Assembly (NCBI GenBank): GCA_963811105.1
Contig: CAWEPZ010000011.1
Span: forward strand, 544,001-608,000
Source of the DNA: Candidatus Bathyarchaeota archaeon
GTDB lineage: Archaea; Thermoproteota; Bathyarchaeia; Bathyarchaeales; Bathycorpusculaceae
DNA: 64,000 nt
Reading direction: 5' to 3'
How positions within the stretch are numbered: position 1 is the stretch's first letter; every line of letters begins with the position of its first letter. Positions 53,540 through 64,000 of this stretch are shown here, one piece after another. Under the pieces are notes generated by a model. That model saw only the letters and a program-made list of their open reading frames with translations. It had not been told where the DNA came from and made no database searches. A program made the translations under genes and the position numbers.

Positions 53540-54202
53540 CTAAGGGGTAGCATTAGGGGTAACTATGACGTTTCCCCACATTCCAGCCGCGAAGTGACCA
53601 GGCACTTGGCAGAGGTAGTAATAGTTGCCGGACTGAGTAGGTGTGAAAGTTACTGAAGCTGTCCCACCCCCAGATATCATGTTGACTTGAGCTCCAAAGA
53701 CGACGTTCGCTGTCGCTGATTGAGCATCAACCATTGCCCAGTTGTGTGAAGTGGAGGAGGCAGCGTTGATTAGTGTTAGGGTGACGTTGTCGCCGACTTT
53801 GAACGTGAGAGTCGGTCCCGGGCTTTGTATGGTGGTGCTGCTGTTTCCGAATCCAAGACCTCCGCCGCTGCGGCTGCCCGCATAGATCGTCACACTAACT
53901 TGTGAGACGACAGGCGTAGGAATAGGCGTAGGAGAAGTAGAAGGATATGGTGTAAACGTAGGTAAGATGATTTGCGTTGGTATTGGCGTCGGGGTCGATG
54001 TAAGTGTTTGGGTTGGAGAGGGTGTCAGTGTTTCTGTAGGGGTAGGTGTAGGTGACGTTGTGGGTGAAGGGGAAGGACTTGGGGTAGGTGTTTGGGCAAG
54101 TTTTGTGTATGCGAACACTCCAGCCGCTGCTATGAGAATAATTGCGATGGCGACTGCAAAGTATACTCCGATTCTTTTATTCGGATTAGTTTCTGAAGTC
54201 AC
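53540..54202 (-). CDS. Membrane-anchored blue-copper cupredoxin with a Pro/Thr linker
   Basis: TM helix, PT repeats, [16 protein letters not shown] type-1 Cu ligands. Confidence 0.88.
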   Translation of the reverse strand: MTSETNPNKRIGVYFAVAIAIILIAAAGVFAYTKLAQTPTPSPSPSPTTSPTPTPTETLTPSPTQTLTSTPTPIPTQIILPTFTPYPSTSPTPIPTPVVSQVSVTIYAGSRSGGGLGFGNSSTTIQSPGPTLTFKVGDNVTLTLINAASSTSHNWAMVDAQSATANVVFGAQVNMISGGGTASVTFTPTQSGNYYYLCQVPGHFAAGMWGNVIVTPNATP

Positions 54203-54504
54203 AATCTTTCAACTCCTGGCGCGACAACTAAACAACACTTAATCTCAATGAGCTAATAATTATTTGTGACTACGTCGACACAACAACAGTTAATTCTTCT
54301 TAGTCAAGGTATAATAGCTGTTTACTATAACCACCAATTAGACAAAAACAATTATCTTACTGTTTAACCTGAAAGCTTCACATTTTTTAGAAGGCGGGTT
54401 ACAGCCAACACTTCAGCCCAAGTCACTGATTCCACGCATTTTTTGTCGCCTAGATCAAGTTTCTTCTTCTTGCAGTTGCCTGTACACATCACTGAAGCCA
54501 AGAA

Positions 54505-54680
54505 GCCGGCGATGGCAAACCTCGTATTTTTGTTTCTTCTAAATGCCTAAATTGGATTCATGAAGTCACGGTTTATAACTCCGAAATCAAAGAGAACGAC
54601 CATTTATGGATGCGACTATGCATACGCTTATGGCTTCGCTTCATAAATCAGCACCGTTGGGAACATTCAGATTTGGATGA
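54505..54680 (+). pseudogene. Relic of a viral terminase large subunit C-terminus
   Basis: AGDGKPRIFVSSKCLNWIHEVTVYNSEIKENDH(fs)MDAT..GTFRFG*. Confidence 0.6.
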
Positions 54681-54787
54681 CCAAACCGAAATGTTTTTCC
54701 AACTACCGTTTGATTTCAGTTTAAATATTTAAGAAATCAACCCAAAAAAGCTGAGTGTTGATTTGAACCCATGCCAGAGTGGAGATG

Positions 54788-55912
54788 TTACCCGCGATTC
54801 CCCTTTTTCTTGAACTTAGCATGCGGGAACTGCTCTTTAATGTGTGATGGGGTTTGTCTATTTCTTATAAAGAACCAAACGATTACAACAACCACAACGA
54901 CAACTGCGATTGCGATAACAAGGTAATCAGCAACGAAGCCAGCAGCTTTTTCCTGCCAACGATATATTCCGTCTGCTCCCACTATCCACCCATCAGTTGA
55001 GCTAACCATATTCACGCATGATAACCAGGCACCAGTTGGACTTGTAACGTTGCTCCAGCTTGCTCCATCCCAATGTATTATACACCCGTCTGAGCCCACC
55101 GCCCAACCATTAGTTGAGTTAACCATATTCACCGAAAACAAGGTTTTCGTAACCGGAACCGGGCTCGTTACATTGTTCCAGCTTGTCCCATCCCACCTAA
55201 TTATTATCCCACCGTCGCCCACCGCCCATACGTCATTCGAATTCACCATATCGACTGACCATAACGTTCCAGTTCCAACGATTTTTGGGCTTTCTACTAG
55301 ATTCCAGCTCGTTCCATCCAAATGCATCAAACTGTTAATGCCTGTATTCTGCGCTCTTCTCCCGACTGCCCATCCATCAGTTGTGTTGACTATATTCACC
55401 GATTCCCAAGGATTATTGATTGGACCCGTCACATTGTTCCAGCTCGTTCCATCCCATCTGATTATTATCCCAGCAAACCCTACCGCCCAACCATCAGTTG
55501 AGTTAACCATATCCAAGGACGTTAGCATGCCTGCAGTTGGGCTTGTTACGTTGTTCCAGCTTGTTCCATCCCATCTGATTATTGACTGATTAGTCTGATA
55601 CCCATCTGTTCGTTGGGCAATTGCCCATCCTTCAGTTGAGCTAACCATATCCACTGAAACTAACGCATATTTAGTTGGGCTTGTTACATTGTTCCATTTT
55701 GTTCCATCCCATCTAATTATAGCTCCCCCAAACCCTACCGCCCAACCATCAGTCGAGCTAACCATGGTCACTGATTGCAAGTATGCCTTGGTTGGGCTTG
55801 CGACTTTATTCCACTTCCAGCTTTCAGCTTGCACAGTCACCATAAACGGAGTCATGCAAAGCATGACAACCAAAATGAACGGCAGAGGTTTTAGAAAAGC
55901 ATCTTTTCTCAT
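54788..55912 (-). CDS. Surface beta-propeller repeat protein with C-terminal TM
   Basis: About 7 repeats of L.SV.MVSSTDGWAVG..G.IIRWDGTSWNNVTSPT. Confidence 0.85.
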   Translation of the reverse strand: MRKDAFLKPLPFILVVMLCMTPFMVTVQAESWKWNKVASPTKAYLQSVTMVSSTDGWAVGFGGAIIRWDGTKWNNVTSPTKYALVSVDMVSSTEGWAIAQRTDGYQTNQSIIRWDGTSWNNVTSPTAGMLTSLDMVNSTDGWAVGFAGIIIRWDGTSWNNVTGPINNPWESVNIVNTTDGWAVGRRAQNTGINSLMHLDGTSWNLVESPKIVGTGTLWSVDMVNSNDVWAVGDGGIIIRWDGTSWNNVTSPVPVTKTLFSVNMVNSTNGWAVGSDGCIIHWDGASWSNVTSPTGAWLSCVNMVSSTDGWIVGADGIYRWQEKAAGFVADYLVIAIAVVVVVVVIVWFFIRNRQTPSHIKEQFPHAKFKKKGNRG

Positions 55913-56392
55913 ACGGGCTTCATGTCTACCACGTCTTTAACAAATGATGGATAAGAAAGCTTTGGTCAAGATTTCTTGATCAAATCAATTTAAGAAAACA
56001 AAAGCAAACTGGCAGTTTACCTCCACAACATCCCCAAGGTTTTCTCTAAAGTATGGAAAGGAATTTGAACACTAAATTTTTGTTTTGTCTTGTTGCATAA
56101 ACCTTATTGCCGAACTTTTGGAGCACAAAGTCGACGTTAAAAAACTGTGACTAGGTAGACTCACCAAGTTATACGTTGAAATTGCAGGTTGCCGCTCTTC
56201 TTCGGGCTTTCAAATTCGGGTGACTCTAATGAAATGTTCCATAGGGTTAAATCTTAATCTTTCACTCTTTATTCTGATAAGACAAATAGAGTCGGCAGTA
56301 TCCCCTGCAGCAAAAAGATAACAATAACCAATCGTCATTATATCTAAATCAGAGCTAAAATAAAAAAAAACAAAATGTTGATTTAAAGATTC

Positions 56393-56740
56393 TTAGACGT
56401 ATTTTTTGTCGTTATAGCAGTACCATCTTTCGTATTGCGGAATCCATGTCAGAGGCTTACCACATGTTGGACAGAAATGCTGACTAGACTGCTGTTGCGG
56501 TTGATTGGTGATTTGCGCTTGTGCTTGGGGTTTTAGAATGACGAAGTCTGAGGCTGCTTGAACATCTTCCCATGAAATGTTCTGTATTTCTCCATTCTCT
56601 CCCTCGACTGACAGCGAGATGCCTATTTTTCCAACGGCGAAAGCAACGTCCTTAACTTTTCCTATTAGTCGTCCTTTTGAATTGATCACTTGCATTGAGA
56701 CTAAGGCGTCTCTGGTTAAAGGTTTATCAGTTTTTTCCAT
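56393..56740 (-). CDS. PRC-barrel plus C-terminal zinc-ribbon protein
   Basis: MQVINSKGRLIGKVKDV..ISWEDVQAASDFVIL; CPTCG..WYC. Confidence 0.85.
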   Translation of the reverse strand: MEKTDKPLTRDALVSMQVINSKGRLIGKVKDVAFAVGKIGISLSVEGENGEIQNISWEDVQAASDFVILKPQAQAQITNQPQQQSSQHFCPTCGKPLTWIPQYERWYCYNDKKYV

Positions 56741-57711
56741 CTTTGGTTCACTACTATTCTGATTAGTCTTTTCACGTTTTAAGTTTTTTCGTCTCCTTCA
56801 CAAAGTCGCTATCACTTACTGCAGTGGAATCTCCCAGTAACTGATTACGTCGCCTTTCACCCATTTACCAACCAAGCTCCGCACAACATCATTAATATCG
56901 TCCCATAAAGAGGTATTATTACCGAGTGTTCTAACAATTGGGTTTCTCAGTGTACAAGAAAGTCAAACATAAAGTCAAAGAACCTATGGTTTGAAAATTA
57001 TTAAATGGAACAAAAAAAAGAAAAATTAGGATTTTTTCCCTTTAGTGTCTGCTTCTCAAAATTCAAATGGATTAAGCGAACGCCAAAATAATTCCAATAA
57101 CTGAGCGTTGTTGGTTCAGTTTGAGACAACATTGTTTTATATTCTCTTAAGTCTTAATCGACTAATGTAAAGGAGAAAGCTAGAAGCTACAGCTGTTAAG
57201 CGGGTTTGGCTGCTAATATAAAATAAGGTTCTCTCTCCTCGGGCCTTTTTCCTTATCTATATTAGCGCAAGGCTAAATCCGCTTAACACTATTTTTTAGT
57301 GCATTTAAATAACGAGAGATGTTCAGGTATGGAAGTGTACGCTTCTTGAAGAATCCTGACAATAAGTTCTAATCAATTGGTCGGATACTTGAGGTAGATT
57401 TTGACGAGAAAACCTTCACCTTAATTTATGAAAACAATAATAAACTCATCTTGACCGAAGTGAAAGGTCCAAAAGTTGGAAAAATCCAAAATCTATCTGT
57501 AAAATATCGTTGACCTATGAGAACAGAAGCATCTTCGATTTTCTTAGCATCGAATAACATTGAACAATAGTTTTCAGAGGTTCGGGAAACTGAAAGACTT
57601 TTTTAAGCTCTTAAATTAGTGTGATTGTGAAAAGCCAACAACAAAACGCTATATTAAGAGTAATATTCCTGAGAATCAGCACAAATACGGTTTTAGGAGG
57701 TGTAACAAATT

Positions 57712-57909
57712 ATGACAGAGCAACATATAGACGTTAAGGAGCAGATAGAGAAAATGGGCGAGAAGTGGGATGAATTCCAGAAATCTTGGGTTAGCCACTT
57801 CAAAGACCTTGATTTTGAAGTGTTAGAGTGGAATTTTGGTGTTGGAAAAAACGAAAAGGAATACATCATTGATATGAAAGCCAAGGTCGCAGTAAGACAA
57901 AAGATATAA
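57712..57909 (+). CDS. Small hypothetical protein
   Basis: 65 aa with an aggaggtg RBS. Confidence 0.7.
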   Translation: MTEQHIDVKEQIEKMGEKWDEFQKSWVSHFKDLDFEVLEWNFGVGKNEKEYIIDMKAKVAVRQKI

Positions 57910-58496
57910 AAAATCCTTAACGCGTGAGGGTGTAAGCGAGACATCCTTTTTCGCTAAGCCCTTTGCCGCTTGATAATCCTTTTTTCCTTTTTGATTTGTA
58001 CTATATAACAATTTTCCTAAAGCGCTTTGTTACAGTAAGTAAACAGGCACATATCGATCGTTAAGTATCGTGACAAATAACTTATCCATTTTAGGGTTGT
58101 TGGTAAAAAGATAAGTTGAATTCATTAAGAGAAATAATCGAAGTAATGTTCAATGAGATGAAAGCTGTTCTAATAGAATACGTTCATGGCTGCAGCGAAG
58201 GGGCAACTTCTGGATAAGTGTGATTATGTTAACTATTCTTCTTGCTTTGCCTATAGACAAGGCTTACGAATTCACCTCTAAATTGTTAGGCCTTCAAACA
58301 AATCTGAAGATGTTAGATGAAAGCAACCTTGAAGAAACATCTAAACTAAGTTGGAACTGCTTAAAATGACCCTCGCCTAAATCATTTGCAACTAGTTAAA
58401 ACCAGATTTAGCAAAGCTTATAAGAATCTTGAACACATATCTTGGTTTTGCGAAGTTTTTTTTAGATTCGCGATAAAATGAAAGGAAAGAAGAAAA

Positions 58497-61079
58497 TTGT
58501 TCATATCAAGAGAAAAGGCTAAGACAACAATTGCAATTGTTTTAATTCTATTGATGGCTTCTGTTTCATTATTATCAATGCCAACCCTGGCTCAAGAAGA
58601 ACATGGGGGAACATCTGGTACTTTAACAGGTGGACCTTTACCCGCCGGCGTTACTGCTAATGTGACAGTTCCTGACGTAGCCCGAATGAGCATCGGACCA
58701 AATCCGGTGGGACTTGGTCAGCCCATCACTGTTAATATTTGGACTTCACCAGCTCCAGGAGCTAGCCGAGCTCGCATAGGATACACGGTTACAATCACAA
58801 AACCAGATAAAACCAAAGAAGTCATCGGCCCAATAAATTCTTATGTTGCAGATGGAACGAGCTGGTTTACGTACGTTGTCGGCCAAGTTGGCACTTGGTC
58901 GCTCAAGTTTGACGCACCAGGAGATTATTACCCAGCAGGCCGGTACCTTAATGGAGTGCTTACGACGAACGGATCAGGTACACTCTATGACTCAGCCTAC
59001 TACATACCTTGTTCAACGCCAGAACAAACGCTTATCGTACAGCAGGATATGGTGGCTTCTTGGCCTACATCACCGCTTCCAACCGACTACTGGACAAGAC
59101 CCGTAATTGCCAACTTCAGAGAATGGAGCTCAATTATGGGAGATTACCCGTGGTATGGTCCTGGAGGAGGCGCTAACTGGCCAGCTGACACTAACCCATA
59201 CTCCAGCAGCCGATATAGCTTCATTCCCTACGTCCAAGGGCCAACCAGTGCCCACATAGTATGGCGCCGATTAGGCATCATTTCAGGCATCATCGGAGGA
59301 GACGTTGGGCGAGAATCCATCGGTGGCACGGGAGGTGGCATTCAAACCCTTCCGAATCCCGGAACTCCAACAATTGTCTATAATGGAAGATGCTACCAGA
59401 CCATAACGAAACAGCTACCTGTACTAGTCAATGGTACTTACTACAATCAGCCAACAAGCGTATGGGAGTGCTACGACCTGCGCACAGGACAAGTATTCTG
59501 GGACATTCAAGGTGTTACGGCCCCTTCAGTCATTGAAACAACTGAGGGTAATAAAGCAGTTCTCGGCGGCGAAGCTCAAGCAACGACAACTGTAGCTCTA
59601 TTGTCGTTAAGTGGCAATAGGATGATAAAGTATAATCCATTTACCGGAGCTGTGACCACGAACGTTACAATTGATCCATTGACATCAGCCACTTATTATA
59701 AGAACGGATACGCCTTAAGCGTGCAAACAATTAACGCTACAACTGGCCAATATCGTTTGATCGACTGGAGTACAACAGGAACCTCAACCAATTTCACTAC
59801 AAGAATAGCGAGCAACATAACTTGGCCGTGGAATAGCATACCTACTACTATCGATTTCAATGTGGGCATAGCTGCATTAGTAACTGGCATCACTCAATCG
59901 AATGCACGTGTTTCAATAAATGTGCAGGGTGCCAGCCTGACAACAGGACAGCTGCTTTGGAATAGTACAGTTAAGGACGAGTGGCAATACAGCGGATCAT
60001 GTCAAGTTGCTGACCATGGAAAAGTCGCCGTCTTGTCATCAACCGGTCATTGGTTGGCCTGGGATCTATATACTGGGAATTTAGCGTGGACGGGTCAGGA
60101 GATGGATTATCCTTGGGGAGCATCCGCCTTCGGAGCTTACGCAGTGCAGTCAGCCTATGGCATGTTCTATTGGGAAGCCTATGACGGCATTTACGCCTAC
60201 AATTGGACAAACGGAAAAATAGTTTGGCACTTTGAGTCCCCAACTGCTTACCCTTATGACAGTAACTACTACGATAACGGTACCGCGCAGAATCCCTTCG
60301 ATGAAGGCGCCATGGTTGCTGGTGGAATGATCTATTCATACAATAATGAGCACTCTGCCATTAGCCCAATCGCAAGAGGGTGGAAGATATTCTGCGTCAA
60401 CGCTACTACAGGCGTGGGCATATGGAACGTGACAACACCTGGAAATTGTGGTCCTATCTCTGATGGCTATATGGTTGCCGATAGTTTCTACGACGGATAT
60501 ATGTACGTTTTCGGCAAGGGAAGAAGCGAAACAAGCATAGCGGCACCGCTGACAGCTATAACGAAAGGGCAGAGCTGCGTGATAACAGGTACCGTCACCG
60601 ATCACTCTCCAGGCGACCTAGGCAGCTTCGCGAACCCAACCGCCCGAACGGACAGGCCAAGTATGATCCCGTGCGTGTCTCACGAGTCAATGCAAACATA
60701 CATGGACTACTTGTACATGCAGATACCGATCCCCTCAGGGTACACGGTAACCGGAGTCCCAGTGTCGATTGATGCTATTGACCCTAACGGCAACTTTGTG
60801 CACGTCGCAGATGTTACGAGTGATGTTAGCGGCACTTTCAGTTACTTGTGGAAGCCCGACATGGTAGGCAAGTACTCGGTTACTGCCACTTTCGCAGGAG
60901 ACGGCTCCTACAGCAGCTCATTCGCGGAAACAGCAGTTGGCGTAACCGACCTTCCAGCATCACTTCCACCAGTTGAGATACCTGCACAAGTAGACAATAC
61001 GATGCTGCTCTACGGCTTGATGGTGCTGGTAGTCATTGCCATCCTCATCGGAATAGTTGCTCTATTACGAAAAAGATGA
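58497..61079 (+). CDS. PQQ-like beta-propeller surface protein, paralog of 41822..44518
   Basis: Same motif series: PLPTDYWTRP, YDLRTG, EHS, SDGY, FAGD.SY, TM helix. Confidence 0.88.
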   Translation: MFISREKAKTTIAIVLILLMASVSLLSMPTLAQEEHGGTSGTLTGGPLPAGVTANVTVPDVARMSIGPNPVGLGQPITVNIWTSPAPGASRARIGYTVTITKPDKTKEVIGPINSYVADGTSWFTYVVGQVGTWSLKFDAPGDYYPAGRYLNGVLTTNGSGTLYDSAYYIPCSTPEQTLIVQQDMVASWPTSPLPTDYWTRPVIANFREWSSIMGDYPWYGPGGGANWPADTNPYSSSRYSFIPYVQGPTSAHIVWRRLGIISGIIGGDVGRESIGGTGGGIQTLPNPGTPTIVYNGRCYQTITKQLPVLVNGTYYNQPTSVWECYDLRTGQVFWDIQGVTAPSVIETTEGNKAVLGGEAQATTTVALLSLSGNRMIKYNPFTGAVTTNVTIDPLTSATYYKNGYALSVQTINATTGQYRLIDWSTTGTSTNFTTRIASNITWPWNSIPTTIDFNVGIAALVTGITQSNARVSINVQGASLTTGQLLWNSTVKDEWQYSGSCQVADHGKVAVLSSTGHWLAWDLYTGNLAWTGQEMDYPWGASAFGAYAVQSAYGMFYWEAYDGIYAYNWTNGKIVWHFESPTAYPYDSNYYDNGTAQNPFDEGAMVAGGMIYSYNNEHSAISPIARGWKIFCVNATTGVGIWNVTTPGNCGPISDGYMVADSFYDGYMYVFGKGRSETSIAAPLTAITKGQSCVITGTVTDHSPGDLGSFANPTARTDRPSMIPCVSHESMQTYMDYLYMQIPIPSGYTVTGVPVSIDAIDPNGNFVHVADVTSDVSGTFSYLWKPDMVGKYSVTATFAGDGSYSSSFAETAVGVTDLPASLPPVEIPAQVDNTMLLYGLMVLVVIAILIGIVALLRKR

Positions 61080-61268
61080 TCGGCGCAAAACACAGCTATT
61101 ACCAATCTCCACTTTTTTGGGAACCCCCTTTTCAGCTTTCTCTCAGTATTTTTGTGGGGCTAGACTTTTTGGGAATGATTGATTTTTACGTATCTGAGTA
61201 GATTAGCATTATGGCAATAACGAAAATTCTTATTGCTCCGCGTTATATCCTGACGCGCGTTAGACTGC

Positions 61269-61568
61269 TTAACTCTTCTTTGTTTTTCTTGATTCTTTGT
61301 GTTTTTCGAGGATTTCGTTTATTTGACTGTTAATGAAGTGCTCTGCGCTGCGGAAGGGCGTGTCCATTTTCTTCATGACTTGCTCGAGTTCTTCTTACTA
61401 TTCGCGGGGATTTATAGGCATTTGTTGTCGATTTTGAGTCAGGTTGGTTTGAGCCGTATGGCGTAGTGTACGAATTCTTCTTTGGTGGGTATAGCCCATT
61501 TGTTTGTTTCTTCGATAAAATTCTGAGTTTGAGCCAGCTGTTCAGGCGTAGCAATTCTTTACTTTCAT
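61269..61568 (-). pseudogene. Decayed RHH/CopG-like gene
   Basis: Fragments FIEETNK..TKEEFVHYAIR..MDTPFRSAEHFINSQINEILEK, with stops and frameshifts. Confidence 0.45.
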
Positions 61569-61858
61569 CTACCTCTCCACTGCTCAAATGAGTAGTTTGT
61601 TCGCTTTCTTTTTATGCAGTCTGAACCATAAGCGGGAGTTTACGTGAATGTCTATGTTTGATGACACACGAATTCCGTGGAGACTTAGCTGAGTTAGGTA
61701 AGACTGTTCCTTCTTGCCGTATGGCTTTGGAGTCAGAGATTCACAGGTGAAGGGGTTTTGGAAATTCTTTGCCAAACGAGGGCGGCAGAAACCTGTTGTA
61801 CCTGATATTGTTTTTGTCGTGGTCGCAAAGAGTGATCTTGAATGGAAAGGATAGTGAG

Positions 61859-64000
<2,142 letters not shown>

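Noticed and set aside
53900-54095. Low-complexity GT-rich repeats and ORF 53967..54242
   Set aside because: Antisense of the cupredoxin Pro/Thr linker.
54960-55810. Regular ~125-bp DNA repeats
   Set aside because: These are coding beta-propeller repeats, not a CRISPR array or a DGR template.
61330-61775. ORFs with an RLNSW word suggestive of TnpB
   Set aside because: No RuvC or Zn-finger motifs; another frame fits a decayed RHH-like gene better.

Overview
Archaeal chromosomal window. egsA, an intron-containing tRNA and two large PQQ-like beta-propeller surface proteins suggest Bathyarchaeia (inference from gene content only). Housekeeping and metabolic genes include egsA, an FKBP PPIase, a 2-oxoacid:ferredoxin oxidoreductase alpha/beta pair, nrdR-nrdD-nrdG, an FMN glutamate-synthase-like protein, a tandem bacterioferritin and katG, plus two tRNA-Ser genes. 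Much of the window is accessory DNA. Main observations: (1) a tandem array of small integrase-less cassettes at the 3' end of tRNA-Ser(GCT), separated by degenerate tRNA 3' copies embedded in an inverted-repeat/8-bp-spacer site, with conserved ~300-bp element ends; (2) a run of co-oriented minus-strand cargo genes (15.7-27 kb) interleaved with tRNA-3'-like relic motifs; (3) a ~1.07-kb HUH rolling-circle Rep insertion exactly at the oxidoreductase alpha/beta gene overlap, itself carrying an in-frame 114-bp IS200/IS605-like palindromic insert; (4) a repeated structured ~125-bp element; (5) a Cys-rich microprotein with an in-frame TGA. Two IS elements with intact ends and many pseudogenes or proviral relics are also present. 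No CRISPR array or rRNA was seen. All family calls are by eye, without database searches.
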